Assembly: GCA_040954595.2 (NCBI GenBank)
Contig: CM082588.2
Span: 1,665,935 to 1,729,934, forward strand
Source of the DNA: Balanoglossus misakiensis
Lineage: Eukaryota; Animalia; Hemichordata
DNA length: 64,000 bases
Direction of reading: 5' to 3'
Below, piece by piece: positions 14,411 through 24,706 of the stretch. The notes beneath the pieces are model-generated. The model had not been told where the DNA came from. It searched no databases and saw only the letters and a list, made by a program, of their open reading frames with translations. The position numbers were made by a program, and so were the translations under genes. How positions within the stretch are numbered: position 1 is the stretch's first letter; every line of letters starts with the position of its first letter.

Positions 14411-16247
14411 ATGATTAGGAGAGCCTTATCTCGGAGAGCATCTGCTCTACAGTTGATGTGTTCTGTACACGGAACTAACACGAATACAATTTTGCCCTCT
14501 GCTGCAAAACTATCGAGAGTGTGTGTTGCTCCATCATCAACGTACACCCCCAGAAGGGCGATGTTGTACGTTCCAGGAAACGATGAAAGGAAGATCAAGA
14601 AGATAACAACATTGCAAGCTGATTGTGCTTGTTTGGACTGTGAAGATGGTGTTGCGCTCAATCGGAAGGTTAGTGTAGAGGGGATGATGATGATGGTGAT
14701 GATGATGATTGATGATGATGATGATGATGATAATGGTGATGATGATGATGATGATGATATAAATGTCCTCATTTCTCCTCAGGATGAAGCCAGGCATACA
14801 ATCTTGAAGATGCTAGATGAGCTAGACCTGCCACATCTTGACAGGGCTGTCCGCATAAACTCTGTGGACAATCAAACTCTTGCAGATGAAGATCTGAAAG
14901 TCATCATGCAGGCCAAAAAACTACCAGCAACATTGATGATACCAAAAGTGAATGAACCACAACAACTGCAATGGGTAGATACCGTTTTTTTCATTTCTAG
15001 TGCCAAATGATCTCCAATTTATTTTTATCTTTGTTCAGGACTCACTTTGCTGATTTCTGACCTCTTTTTATTTTAGGTTTCAGAAAAACTCCGAGATTCT
15101 CTCTCAGGAAGACAACTATCCAAACAAATGAAGTTAGTGATTTTTGTCGAGAGTGCAATAGCATTGTTGAATCTGAGAGAAATCTTACAAAAGGGTGTTG
15201 AGCTATCAAGAGATGGACCATTTCTTTTAGATGGTGTTGTCTTTGGCTCAGATGACTTCTGTGCAGATATTGGTGGGTGTTGACTTTCTATCTCTTTTCC
15301 AGTTTGTAGATCTGTAGATGACTGTAACTACAATGGAGCAGCAACATGTCTTTTTTCTGACTCTGACATAAACAAATGAGAACAGTTCCTGCAGGTGTTC
15401 ATGTTAGCATATTGATTATTAGACAGTTTTTTTTTTTTTATCACCAGGTGCAACAAGAACCACTGATGCATCAGAACTGATGTATGCCAGACAGAAAGTG
15501 GTAATGACTGCAAAAGCTTTCCAGCTACAAGCTATAGACCTTGTTCACATTGACTTTAAAGGTAACAGAACTTTACAAACCATGTTTACCAGTTTGTGTG
15601 GTTTGTCACATAAGAAGGATTATGTCATTTGTGCATTTATAGAGCTTGAGTTACAGTGTTTAGAATGTTGATGATTTCTATTTTGTTTTCAGATTCTGAA
15701 GGACTTCGAAAACAATCTCTAGAAGGTGCCCGGATGGGCTTTACTGGTGAGTTAATCACTCTTAGTCCTGTTTGATGATATGCAAAGAAACTGTTGGCTG
15801 ACTGGCTGAAATGCTTGGTGTCAAAATTGCTGTGGTCTCTCAAAGTGTATTTGTATTGCAGCTTGTGTTCATCATTTTTATGTTGTGGGGAAAATGTTTT
15901 GAATTTTTCAGGAAAGCAAGTAATTCATCCTAACCAAGTAGCCATTGTCCAAGAATGCTTCAGTCCAAGCCAGGACAAAGTCAACTGGGCCACAGAACTG
16001 GTCAAGGCATTTGAAGGACATCAAGAAAGCGGAAAGGTAAGTGATGTTTGGCATTCACAATGAAAACCCAGTATTTAGATAGATTATGACATTTTGTCAT
16101 TGAAATGGAAATAAAACTACAATCTTCATATTTTCACAGGGAGCCTTCACCTTCTGGGGCAGCATGATTGACATGCCATTACTGCTTCAAGCCAAGAATA
16201 TACTCAGACTGTCAGAAACCATATCAAAGCAGCCACCTCCTTCCTAG
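14411..16247 (+). CDS. CLYBL: Citramalyl-CoA lyase, mitochondrial (citrate lyase beta-like); 7 exons
   Basis: Arg/Ser-rich presequence-like N-terminus, then YTPRRAMLYVPGNDERKI, DCACLDCEDGVA, VFGSDDFCADIGA, GFTGKQVIHPNQ and GAFTFWGSMIDMPLL. Exons 14411-14668, 14783-14974, 15077-15272, 15448-15561, 15693-15746, 15912-16036, 16140-16247 (TAG 16245-16247); all GT-AG and in phase. Confidence 0.95.
14683..14758. repeat. (GAT)n microsatellite in CLYBL intron 1
   Basis: Imperfect GAT run filling most of the 114-nt intron 14669-14782. Confidence 0.9.
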
Positions 16248-16795
16248 GTGCCGACTCTTGCCAAACAGAAGTAAACACACGACACATTGTCATGCCTTTA
16301 ACAGCAAGTTTATTCAGAAGTGGGAAGTCATGCAAATCAAGGTTAACATTTCTAAAAAAAATACCAAAAATTTCAGTTATCACCACTGCTCAAATTCCTT
16401 CCGTTTTTTTTTTTGTAGTAAAAGCAAGGGAGAAAACCCTGCTTTGAATTAATAACGATGGTTACATGTCCATTTCATCATTGCCTTCCAGTGTCCTGCG
16501 AAATGAGCTTTATTGTTACAGAGCATGTGATTATACAGGTCAAAACGATACATTTCACGACTCAGACTTGAATTTGATTTATGTGTAAAAGTACACTGTA
16601 GTTTATATAGCAAATGAAGGCTAGAAATGTCCAGAATAGATTGAAATAAACACTGATATAATCACCCTTGCAAATACATGTAGGCTTATTGAGGCAACCA
16701 CAGAAAATTTGAAATACCAGTGACTCATTTGCATTTTCTGTAAGATTCCTTTTGAACCCTATAGATCTTATTTAAAATTTCATAATGCAGATAAT

Positions 16796-17985
16796 CTAAT
16801 CTTGCGGAGCTGGTTCGTCATCTGATTCATCATCTTTTGATTTCTCATGTAGAATTACATATTCTCTGGAACTGTATCCAAACTTAACCATGTCCTTTTC
16901 CATCAATTCAACATATCGAGAATGCTCAATTTGTTTGTTGTTGACAAACGTGCCATTGGCAGACTCCAAATCAATGATATACGGCCGCACTTGCCGCCTC
17001 CTAGCACCGTCCTCTCGTTCGTACTCGATCAGTCGGAACTGAAGCACTGCATGCTGTTTGGAGCATGATGGGTGGTCAATGGGAATGTCTGCTATCGTGC
17101 GGTCGCGGCCAAATAGATATGCACTTTGTCTGTGAATGTGGAGAAGAGGCAGCGTTTGTTCCCCTTTGAAGGGATACAAACGCCATCTCTTCTTGGGTTT
17201 CCTCGCGTCTGGAGGTTCATTGTATTTGATGACAACTCCTCTGAATGTGTTTGTCTCTTCTGTAAGTTTCCCAGACAATCCGAAGTTCGGTTTGTCTTTC
17301 TCCTTTGGTTCATCGTCCCCGTTCGCTCCCTGAGAAGACCCTGGTTGCCCGTACTCAAACTCTTCATCCCCCTGGAATGGGTTTGCAGTCCTGTGTCTCT
17401 TGTCCTGCCTCCGTCGTCGGTCATTTTCCTCTCGCTCCTGTTTGACCCTAACATGGCTCAAATCATCCCTCCCATCTTCCCTCTGCCTGCTTCGGTCTTT
17501 TTCATGACGCCCTCTATGTCTCTCCCGATGGCTTTCTCTTCCACCTCTCTCATCACCATGGTAACTGGAAGGCCTGTCTGCGTGTGATCGTTCTCCTCTG
17601 CTTCTCTTCTCCTCTCTGTGACCCCTGTCTCTATGTCGCTCATCTCGGTGTCTGTCATATTCTCTGTCTTCATATTTGTCACTCTCATGCCTGGTGTGAT
17701 GATGGCCCTGCCAGGAAATGTATAAAGCACGTTAGATCCTTAAGTTGGCAAGTATAGCTATTGCATTTTTTACTTCAGACAGATATCTTACCCCTTCCCC
17801 TCCATTAAAACAGTAACAACAACAATTCCAATCATAGGGGTTCGCTACTTTTGAAATGAGTGAATGACGTTCGAGAAACCCACGACAATCTCCACCATTG
17901 ATCATGTTTCAATGAAATGAACAACACTTACCTGTCTCTTGTGAGGACTTCGACTCCTTGGTCTCTCCTTGTGTTTATCTTTCAT
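16796..17985 (-). CDS. SNIP1: Smad nuclear-interacting protein 1 (FHA-domain subunit of the RES splicing complex); 2 exons
   Basis: Exon 1 17932-17985 (MKDKHKERPRSRSPHKRQ|GTAAGT) splices in frame to exon 2 16796-17707. Exon 2 has an R/H/D/E-rich region, then KPNFGLSGKL, YNEPPDARKPKKRWRLYPFK and the FHA motifs GRDR...HPSCSKQHAVLQFR...DLESANGTFVN. Confidence 0.95.
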
Positions 17986-18362
17986 TTTCCTACAAGAGGT
18001 GTCTTGAAGAAATAAGTTTGCTGCAAATAGGATCAGGTTTTCTACAAACTAAACCGTGCACAACGATCTGGTTTTATTTGTTGAGATATACGTAAGGACG
18101 CTCGTAACTGTTTGGGAGAGTGTAGATTTATAAAATGGCTGCCTTTAATGTTGTTATTAATGTTTTCAGACAAATTCTTGTAAAAAGAATATAACATAAA
18201 AACAAAAGAATATCAAATAATAACAAAGTGAAAGTGAATATAATTCGTAATACATATTTTGGCAGTGTGTAGAATTATCTGAAGTCGGTAAGTGTTTACA
18301 CTGTAGCACAACAATTTATGTGGTGTTAAGGGGTGATTGTACAGGTCATAGGTCATAATAAA
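17986..18362. promoter_or_regulatory. Putative bidirectional promoter SNIP1/BLOC1S3
   Basis: Only 377 bp separate the divergent ATGs. YY1-like AAAATGGC motifs near 18132 and over the BLOC1S3 start; CCGGAAGTG at about 18580 in BLOC1S3 intron 1. Confidence 0.6.
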
Positions 18363-19613
18363 ATGGCGACAAGAGAGGTTGTAAGAGTTGTCGACGGCGA
18401 GGCGTCAGAATCCGATTCTGAAGAAGAGGTAAACACCCACCAAGCTGCTAGAGGTCTGGTTGTAGCGGGAGAAGCCTCGGAAACGGACAGTGAAGACGAA
18501 ACGCCTGAAGTACGACCAGGTATTGGCATACCGCCGTTGAAAGGTAACACTATGTCACTAACCATGTCATTGTCACAACCCGGAAGTGTAGTGATAAAAC
18601 ACAGTGTTCTGCTTCTGCTGAGTTATGGCTCATATATCCCTGTTGGACAATCCTTGTAGTGGGGCTGAGTTGCATGTACATGTGTACCTCTGATTTCCTG
18701 ACAAGGTCAGCCATGGATTCCTACTATTGTTGACTTTCCACCTATCTGATTTCTTGCTCTACAGTTGAACATGGATCAGCGGGGGATAGACTGTCATTTG
18801 CCAGTAGCAGTGAAAGTGATTCCACATCAGATGAGATCAGAAGTAGAAAGAAAGATGTTCCAAAATACGACACGTAAGTCCTGTGATCATGAATTATGTA
18901 CTGTGTTAACTTACACTCCATGTAGCTGTGTGCCCTGATATAGTGATAACACTGTTATTATTCAGTTGCTACAGTACTAACGTGTTGTTGTTTTCATTTC
19001 AATCAACAGGTTACTTCATAGAAAACTCAGTAAGTTTTTATTGATGTATTCACTTTATTTGTATCTTTGAAGCTCGAAAGTTTCAATGGTGATTTCCAAT
19101 CTTGTATTTTTGCAGTTTACCATTGCGATCAGTTTTCTGCCATGTATCCTTTATTTTTTCTCCAGGGGATAGAAATAGTAGCCTAAGGAGCCATTTGGAA
19201 TCAGCAGTCAGTCATGTGTACATGACTAGTAACCGTGACATCAACTCGACCACGCAGCAACTTGTAAAGTCACAGATGCATGTGCAGGTAAGCCAGTATT
19301 TCCATTCCAATGGTCAAATGCAGTAGACACAAAAATCAGTCGCACCACTATTTTTGGTACTGCCTTTGTGTATGAAGTACATTTTATTGTTCTAATGTCC
19401 TGTTTTGTGCTTTTCAAATAGGATGTATCTCACAACTTGCGTGTGCTTTCATCAGACCTGAAATCTTTGCTGAGTAAAGTGGACATTATTGCCAGCTGTA
19501 ACATTCTCCCAACTCTGGATGTTCCGGATGACATGATAGACAAGATGATGGAGGCTAACAATAAGGGCAAAGATGATGAAGCTACTATCAAGGCATATAC
19601 CCTTGCAGTTTGA
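18363..19613 (+). CDS. BLOC1S3: Biogenesis of lysosome-related organelles complex 1 subunit 3; 5 exons
   Basis: Duplicated VxGEA(S)E(S/T)DSE motifs followed by PPLKV, TLLHRKLR...AVSHVY and DVSHNLRVLSSDL...KVDIIASCNILP, matching the BLOS3 architecture. Exons 18363-18543, 18765-18873, 19010-19029, 19166-19287, 19422-19613 (TGA); phases are consistent. Confidence 0.88.
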
Positions 19614-20178
19614 ACCCATTTGGAAAGAGAAGAGATTTGGAGATAACCATATCGATACCAAACAGCATAGGGTTCTTCTGCATTCTCAGTCGATCATGTA
19701 TCTGTTCACTAACACAACAGACTGACTCATGAATCAAGGCGATGCAGACAGCTTTTATTTGTGCAACTATGAGGAGCAGCAAACATTTATACAGTGTATT
19801 CCCAAACTATTGTATCAAGTATTTTGATGAGAATATCTGGTACATACATTTTAATTCTAAGATAAAGTCTGGGTGAATTCTCCTTTTGTTTTGTCAATTA
19901 GGCAAAAAAAACAAGAATGTGTAACAGCACCATTAAATAGTAAAAACTTTGTTCCACAAAGCGAAATTCAGCTCAGAGATCAAGACAATTTCCTTGAAAG
20001 TCTCAAAAGGAACAATCATCCCCAAATGCATTATATCTAAACTATAAGCTGGTCAAAGCTTAAAACTACGGTGCCCAGCACCTTAGTCGGTAAATGTTTG
20101 CGGAAGTTGGTGAGAGTGTCGGATTCTGTCCAATTGATGTCTCCACTGGTGTGGGCTGTAGTTCACTTGTCAACGGCT

Positions 20179-23100
20179 TTATTCGCAACTGAAAAAGAAG
20201 TGAAAAAAAAGCTTGTCACGTGAGTGTAAAAAAACTCCTGAAACTCAAATTTTGTATTGTTGAAATACATAGACCTTTATTGTTGTAATGATAATGATAA
20301 TATCACCGTGTTATAAACTTAATTGGTGTAAATAGTACACATTTTTTGTCGATCTTTATTCAGCAGATATGCATGGAGTGCAGTGTGGTGATGTGTGTGG
20401 TACAGTGTGATGCATGGTGATGTGATTAGGCCAAAGTAAAGCATGAATGTAGCGTAGGGTAGGTAGGATTTTTTTCCTTCTACGACACTCGCCCATTAAT
20501 TTAATCACTTTTTTAAATTTCAAAATGGATTTATTCAATCAATTAGTTAATTATGGGAAATATAAGTACCTCAGTTCAGGAATTCTCCAGCTCTGTCCAA
20601 ACTCGACAACGTCTGTTGTCTGATAACCATCACGTTTCATGAAGTCATTGTGATCGTTGCCATCAGCGTTGCCGAGGAGACCACAAACATTCCCAATATA
20701 ATCAGCGCTGGTGAGTGTAGCGTCTAATATGTGATTACTCCCGTACCATTGAAGAACCAACTTAGCCTCTTTCAGCTTGAGAGTCACGTGATCATCTTGT
20801 CGGTACACCTTGATATTCTCATCCCCTACGCTGAAGTTCGGTATGACGATTTTCTGACCATTTACCTGAAAGCAAGAGTTTATACTCAATAGTGATATCA
20901 CGTAATATTAGTCCCTGTGAGTGACTCCGAGGCAAAGATTCACAGAAATATACGATGATAAATCAATAAAGAGCAATTATCAGGAATAGAAAAGAACTTT
21001 ACCTGCACACTGTTATCTTTGGCCAGACTTATTAGAAAATCATCCGCATAAACATCCACGTCAGAAATCCTGCTTCTGATTTCTGGGCCGGTCAGATCCA
21101 GAGGTTCAAATTTCGCCATCACTTCAAACCGTGGCTTGTTGTTCTTACAGTCTCGAACCAAAGTGTGCCAACAGAGGCCGTGGTAACTGAAGTGTCGCCC
21201 GTCAAATGTGGTCAGGTGCGGGTCTCGTTTTGCTGTGCCATACATACATCTGTGTGCCACTGTTTAGAAAATTAAAGGGACATCAGCCGTAACTTTTGGC
21301 TTAAATTTCAGTATTTTTGTTCTGTGTACCAAGTGTAATTTCTTAGTCTACATCACAAAGCATTCTAGTCTGGACTTCATTCAAATGTACTTACAGAAAG
21401 TCTCGTTAATAGTCTGTAAGAGAACCTCACTTCCCTGGTATACATACACCAGTAGAGTACAATTGGTATCTTCAGTAAAGGGAGGATCCGGGTGATATAG
21501 AACGCCTAGTGTGGTCACGTGTCTGTCAAGTTGCCCGGTACCGTTGAAATTGGATGCGACTTCTCGTTGTATGGAGTAGTTTAGTGACAATGGTCTTTCG
21601 TCGGATACGTTTATTCGATTGAACCTGACTTGGATGCTGCAGTTCTGCAGACGTGTCACGTTGATGTCCACGTGTAAGGCTTCTGTGTAACAAAGCAAGA
21701 ATAAACTCTAATCAAACTGTTGGCATTGTCACGGAATCGATGAACGAAACCACTTATAGGACATTTAGAAACTCCTTGACCAAACTTTTATGCAACCCAA
21801 AAATCAGACCAGGCAGTTTATTCACATATATTAGCACTCTCTTTCAATTAAGAAAAGTAGTGCGGACAAAACTGGTAAAAACAAGTTTGAACATTTGAAC
21901 AAGCAGACGGGCATCCCAGCTCGGTAGTATTAGTGTTAATACACATTAAACTATTAACGACCGGTTGATAATCTGTACAGCAAGCCAGACAAACGTCAGC
22001 TGTTGTCTCTATATAGCCTGGACGAAACTCGCGGGGTAGAATATATGAACTCCGAAAGTGTACTTTCGCCAACGGTTTTAACAAAGAAATTCAAAGGAAA
22101 TACACCCATGTTAATAATAAGGAAAATATCTCGTTAATCTATAGCCCCAGACAAGAATTGATCTGGACAAAAATCATAAAGTATCGCGTAAATACGTGAA
22201 CGAAAATGTAATGTTTTATTTTTGTAAACGTCACGGCGTGTACCATAATGTTAGTATGTTTATGAATGACATCTGTTGTCAAGATTCCATTAGAGAATTT
22301 TACTGGAAGGACAAAAAAGAAATAAACAACTCTAATTCAAACCATTAGTCTGTGGGCAGTGAAAATACAGCAATAACGGCAGATGATTGAAATCCTATTA
22401 CGATAAACTAAAAAATCATCTTGTGAAATTATCGTGAAATCGCATTAGAAGCGACATGTGCAAGTTATAAACAGAACATTTTCGATTACGTGTGAGCATG
22501 CGTAGTTTGATGGTTGAGTACTTCGTTGATAGTGGGGAATGGACGAAAAAAGGTTTGAGGACTGAGACTGATGTTGTAGACAATGGAGATGAATGAGACA
22601 TTGGCGGACGTTTCACTGATATGAAATCTCTCTCTGTTTTTCTGTCCGTCCATCTTTCTAAAAATAATTCTATTGCAAAACGTATAATTTTATGAACAAT
22701 ATGTTGAATCAGTTTTGATAAAATATGATCACTTTACCAATGTCACGTGTGTATCGATCCGACAGTCTATCCAGTAAAATCTACGAGAAAAGAAAAAGTA
22801 ATATTGAATCAAATTCATCGGAGATGCCCTCAATTATGACCTGTGAAGTTTAAGGGGTGACTGTACATAATTTTAGTTTATGATCTTTGTAATGACAAAA
22901 GGTAAATATGACTACAGATCTACAAAAACTTATTTTGGTTTGATAACTGTAAACGGTGTTTTAGGGACGAGTAGAATGCAGGGTACTTTGTCGGAAAATG
23001 CGCAACACATTCTTGAAGCTTTACTGCTCAAATAGCAAACTGCAGATTTACTTCTAATAGATCTAAAAACTACTAGACTAGTATTTTGCCAACACGAAGA

Positions 23101-23228
23101 ATTATTTAAAGACACGACTAGAATTGATTTTGTTGCAATTCAACACTTACCTGTTCGGTGTACATGACAGCTACTGAGCATTGTGCCCAGACAGCCAGAA
23201 GAACAATCAGGTATCGCCACACTGCCAT
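20179..23228 (-). CDS. Secreted ~323-aa protein: signal peptide, N-glycosylation-rich domain and a single von Willebrand factor type D (VWD) domain
   Basis: Exon 23151-23228 encodes MAVWRYLIVLLAVWAQCSVA (signal peptide). Further exons: 22738-22780, 21395-21682, 21003-21259, 20570-20865 and probably 20179-20188 (ending SCE*). VWD motifs DPHLTTFDGRHFSYHGLCWHTLVRDC, VCGLLGNADG and VEFGQSWRI. The last exon is the least certain; read-through would instead stop at 20551. Confidence 0.8.
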
Positions 23229-24706
23229 TGAGAACAGATTGAGCCAACACTAAGTGTGCGAGGCGAGTTTCTTTCCGTGTCTCCTCGTCTACTACCGTCG
23301 CCCGTCTGTGTTGAGTTCGCGCTGTCTCATGTACTAGTACTTACCTCCGTTTTGTTGTTTTAGGTTTTTGTTTTGTTTGAAATTTAATTGTATTGATAGC
23401 TGGTGCTAGGTATTTGAAGACTGCAAGGTGTTGCACGCTGATTGAATCAGGCATAGTCCCCGAGGTGACTGTCCGTTTCTATCGGAATTTTATTTGGTGC
23501 ACGTCATTTTACTGTTGATGGTTTTGCACATAATGATTCTGGTAATATCTGGTAATGCTGCTTTATTGAGAATTTAGCAAAAAATGTGACAGAACAAAGA
23601 TTATACTTAGTCTGTAAAACTTTGAAAGATTTGACAACCTGCATGCACATTTTCGTAAATCTTCTCTCACGACGCAAATGTCTTTTTCTTATTATACCGT
23701 ATCATAATTACCAACTCAGCGAAATTCCGAATATAAATAATGTATATCTATTAATATTATTATTATATGGACATCTGTGCCTTAATGGTAGCTCGTCTCA
23801 ACTGTTGACACCGCAACTTATACTTAGGGTAATACCATTATCATTTAATTATGTCCATACATACGACTTTTGCTTATTTCTCTTGTAGTAATAAAAACCC
23901 TGGGTGCAACGTGCAGTAGTAGTGACGTAGTACCACCGTGTCCATGATGAAACAATCACAGAAGACAAGATACGTTTATCTCCAGTTTGAAAAGCGTTGC
24001 GTCATCAGTGACGTTATGCCAGCGTGGAGTTGATAAAACAATATAAAATACAAAGCACATTTACATCCGTATGTGAAAAATGCATTATTAAAAAAAAATA
24101 CACTCCAGTAAGTATAATAAATTATACTATAAAACAGGATAGTCTCTTTTATTGCGATTAACGTTTTCTGTGAAGATTTTAGAGCAGGTGGTCAATAACC
24201 ATTTCTCTATCTCTATCTCTACATGGACAGCTTTTCCAAGGCTTCCTTCTTTTCTCAGACTAATTTGTTGTTCTTGATGAAGTATGGCCTAGCAGTCGAG
24301 AAACTGGGTAGTGAATTTGCATATTTTATCATCACCGGAGCCTCGCTTTCGAACACGCGGGCGCTGCAAACATGGCGTTCGCAACCCTCGCCGTTGTCAT
24401 GTAAACACATTTTTAGAAGCGGTTTATCTCAGTTAAAAACACCGAAAGAAAAAGAAAAATCAATTTTTCTGAGGTATTATAAAGTAATTATTGGGATAAC
24501 GAAAAAATCCGCCATTTTTAGCGTCATTTTCTTGCAATTAACGACCTATCTCGGCACCAGCCATTACGGTGATTTACCGCGCTACGACGGGCCAATTTTC
24601 AGCGAACGGGTAAGGGGTCAAGGAGGTCGTGAGCCATCACGATATTTCAAACACATGATTTGGAAAGTTCAAAGGTACTTCAGTCCAAATATGGGAGTAG
24701 TGCCGC

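Noticed and set aside
17092-17730. Overlapping alternative-frame and antisense ORFs over SNIP1
   Set aside because: Explained by the purine-rich low-complexity RS/RD coding region, which depletes stops in other frames.
19144-19152. Perfect U12 donor-like GTATCCTTT in BLOC1S3 intron 3
   Set aside because: It lies in the pyrimidine tract just before the acceptor at 19165. That intron begins with a canonical GTAAGT and the frame closes without using this site.
21848-22084. Cys-rich 78-aa ORF inside the VWD gene intron
   Set aside because: No convincing splice sites or known Cys spacing; exons 2 and 3 join in phase without it.
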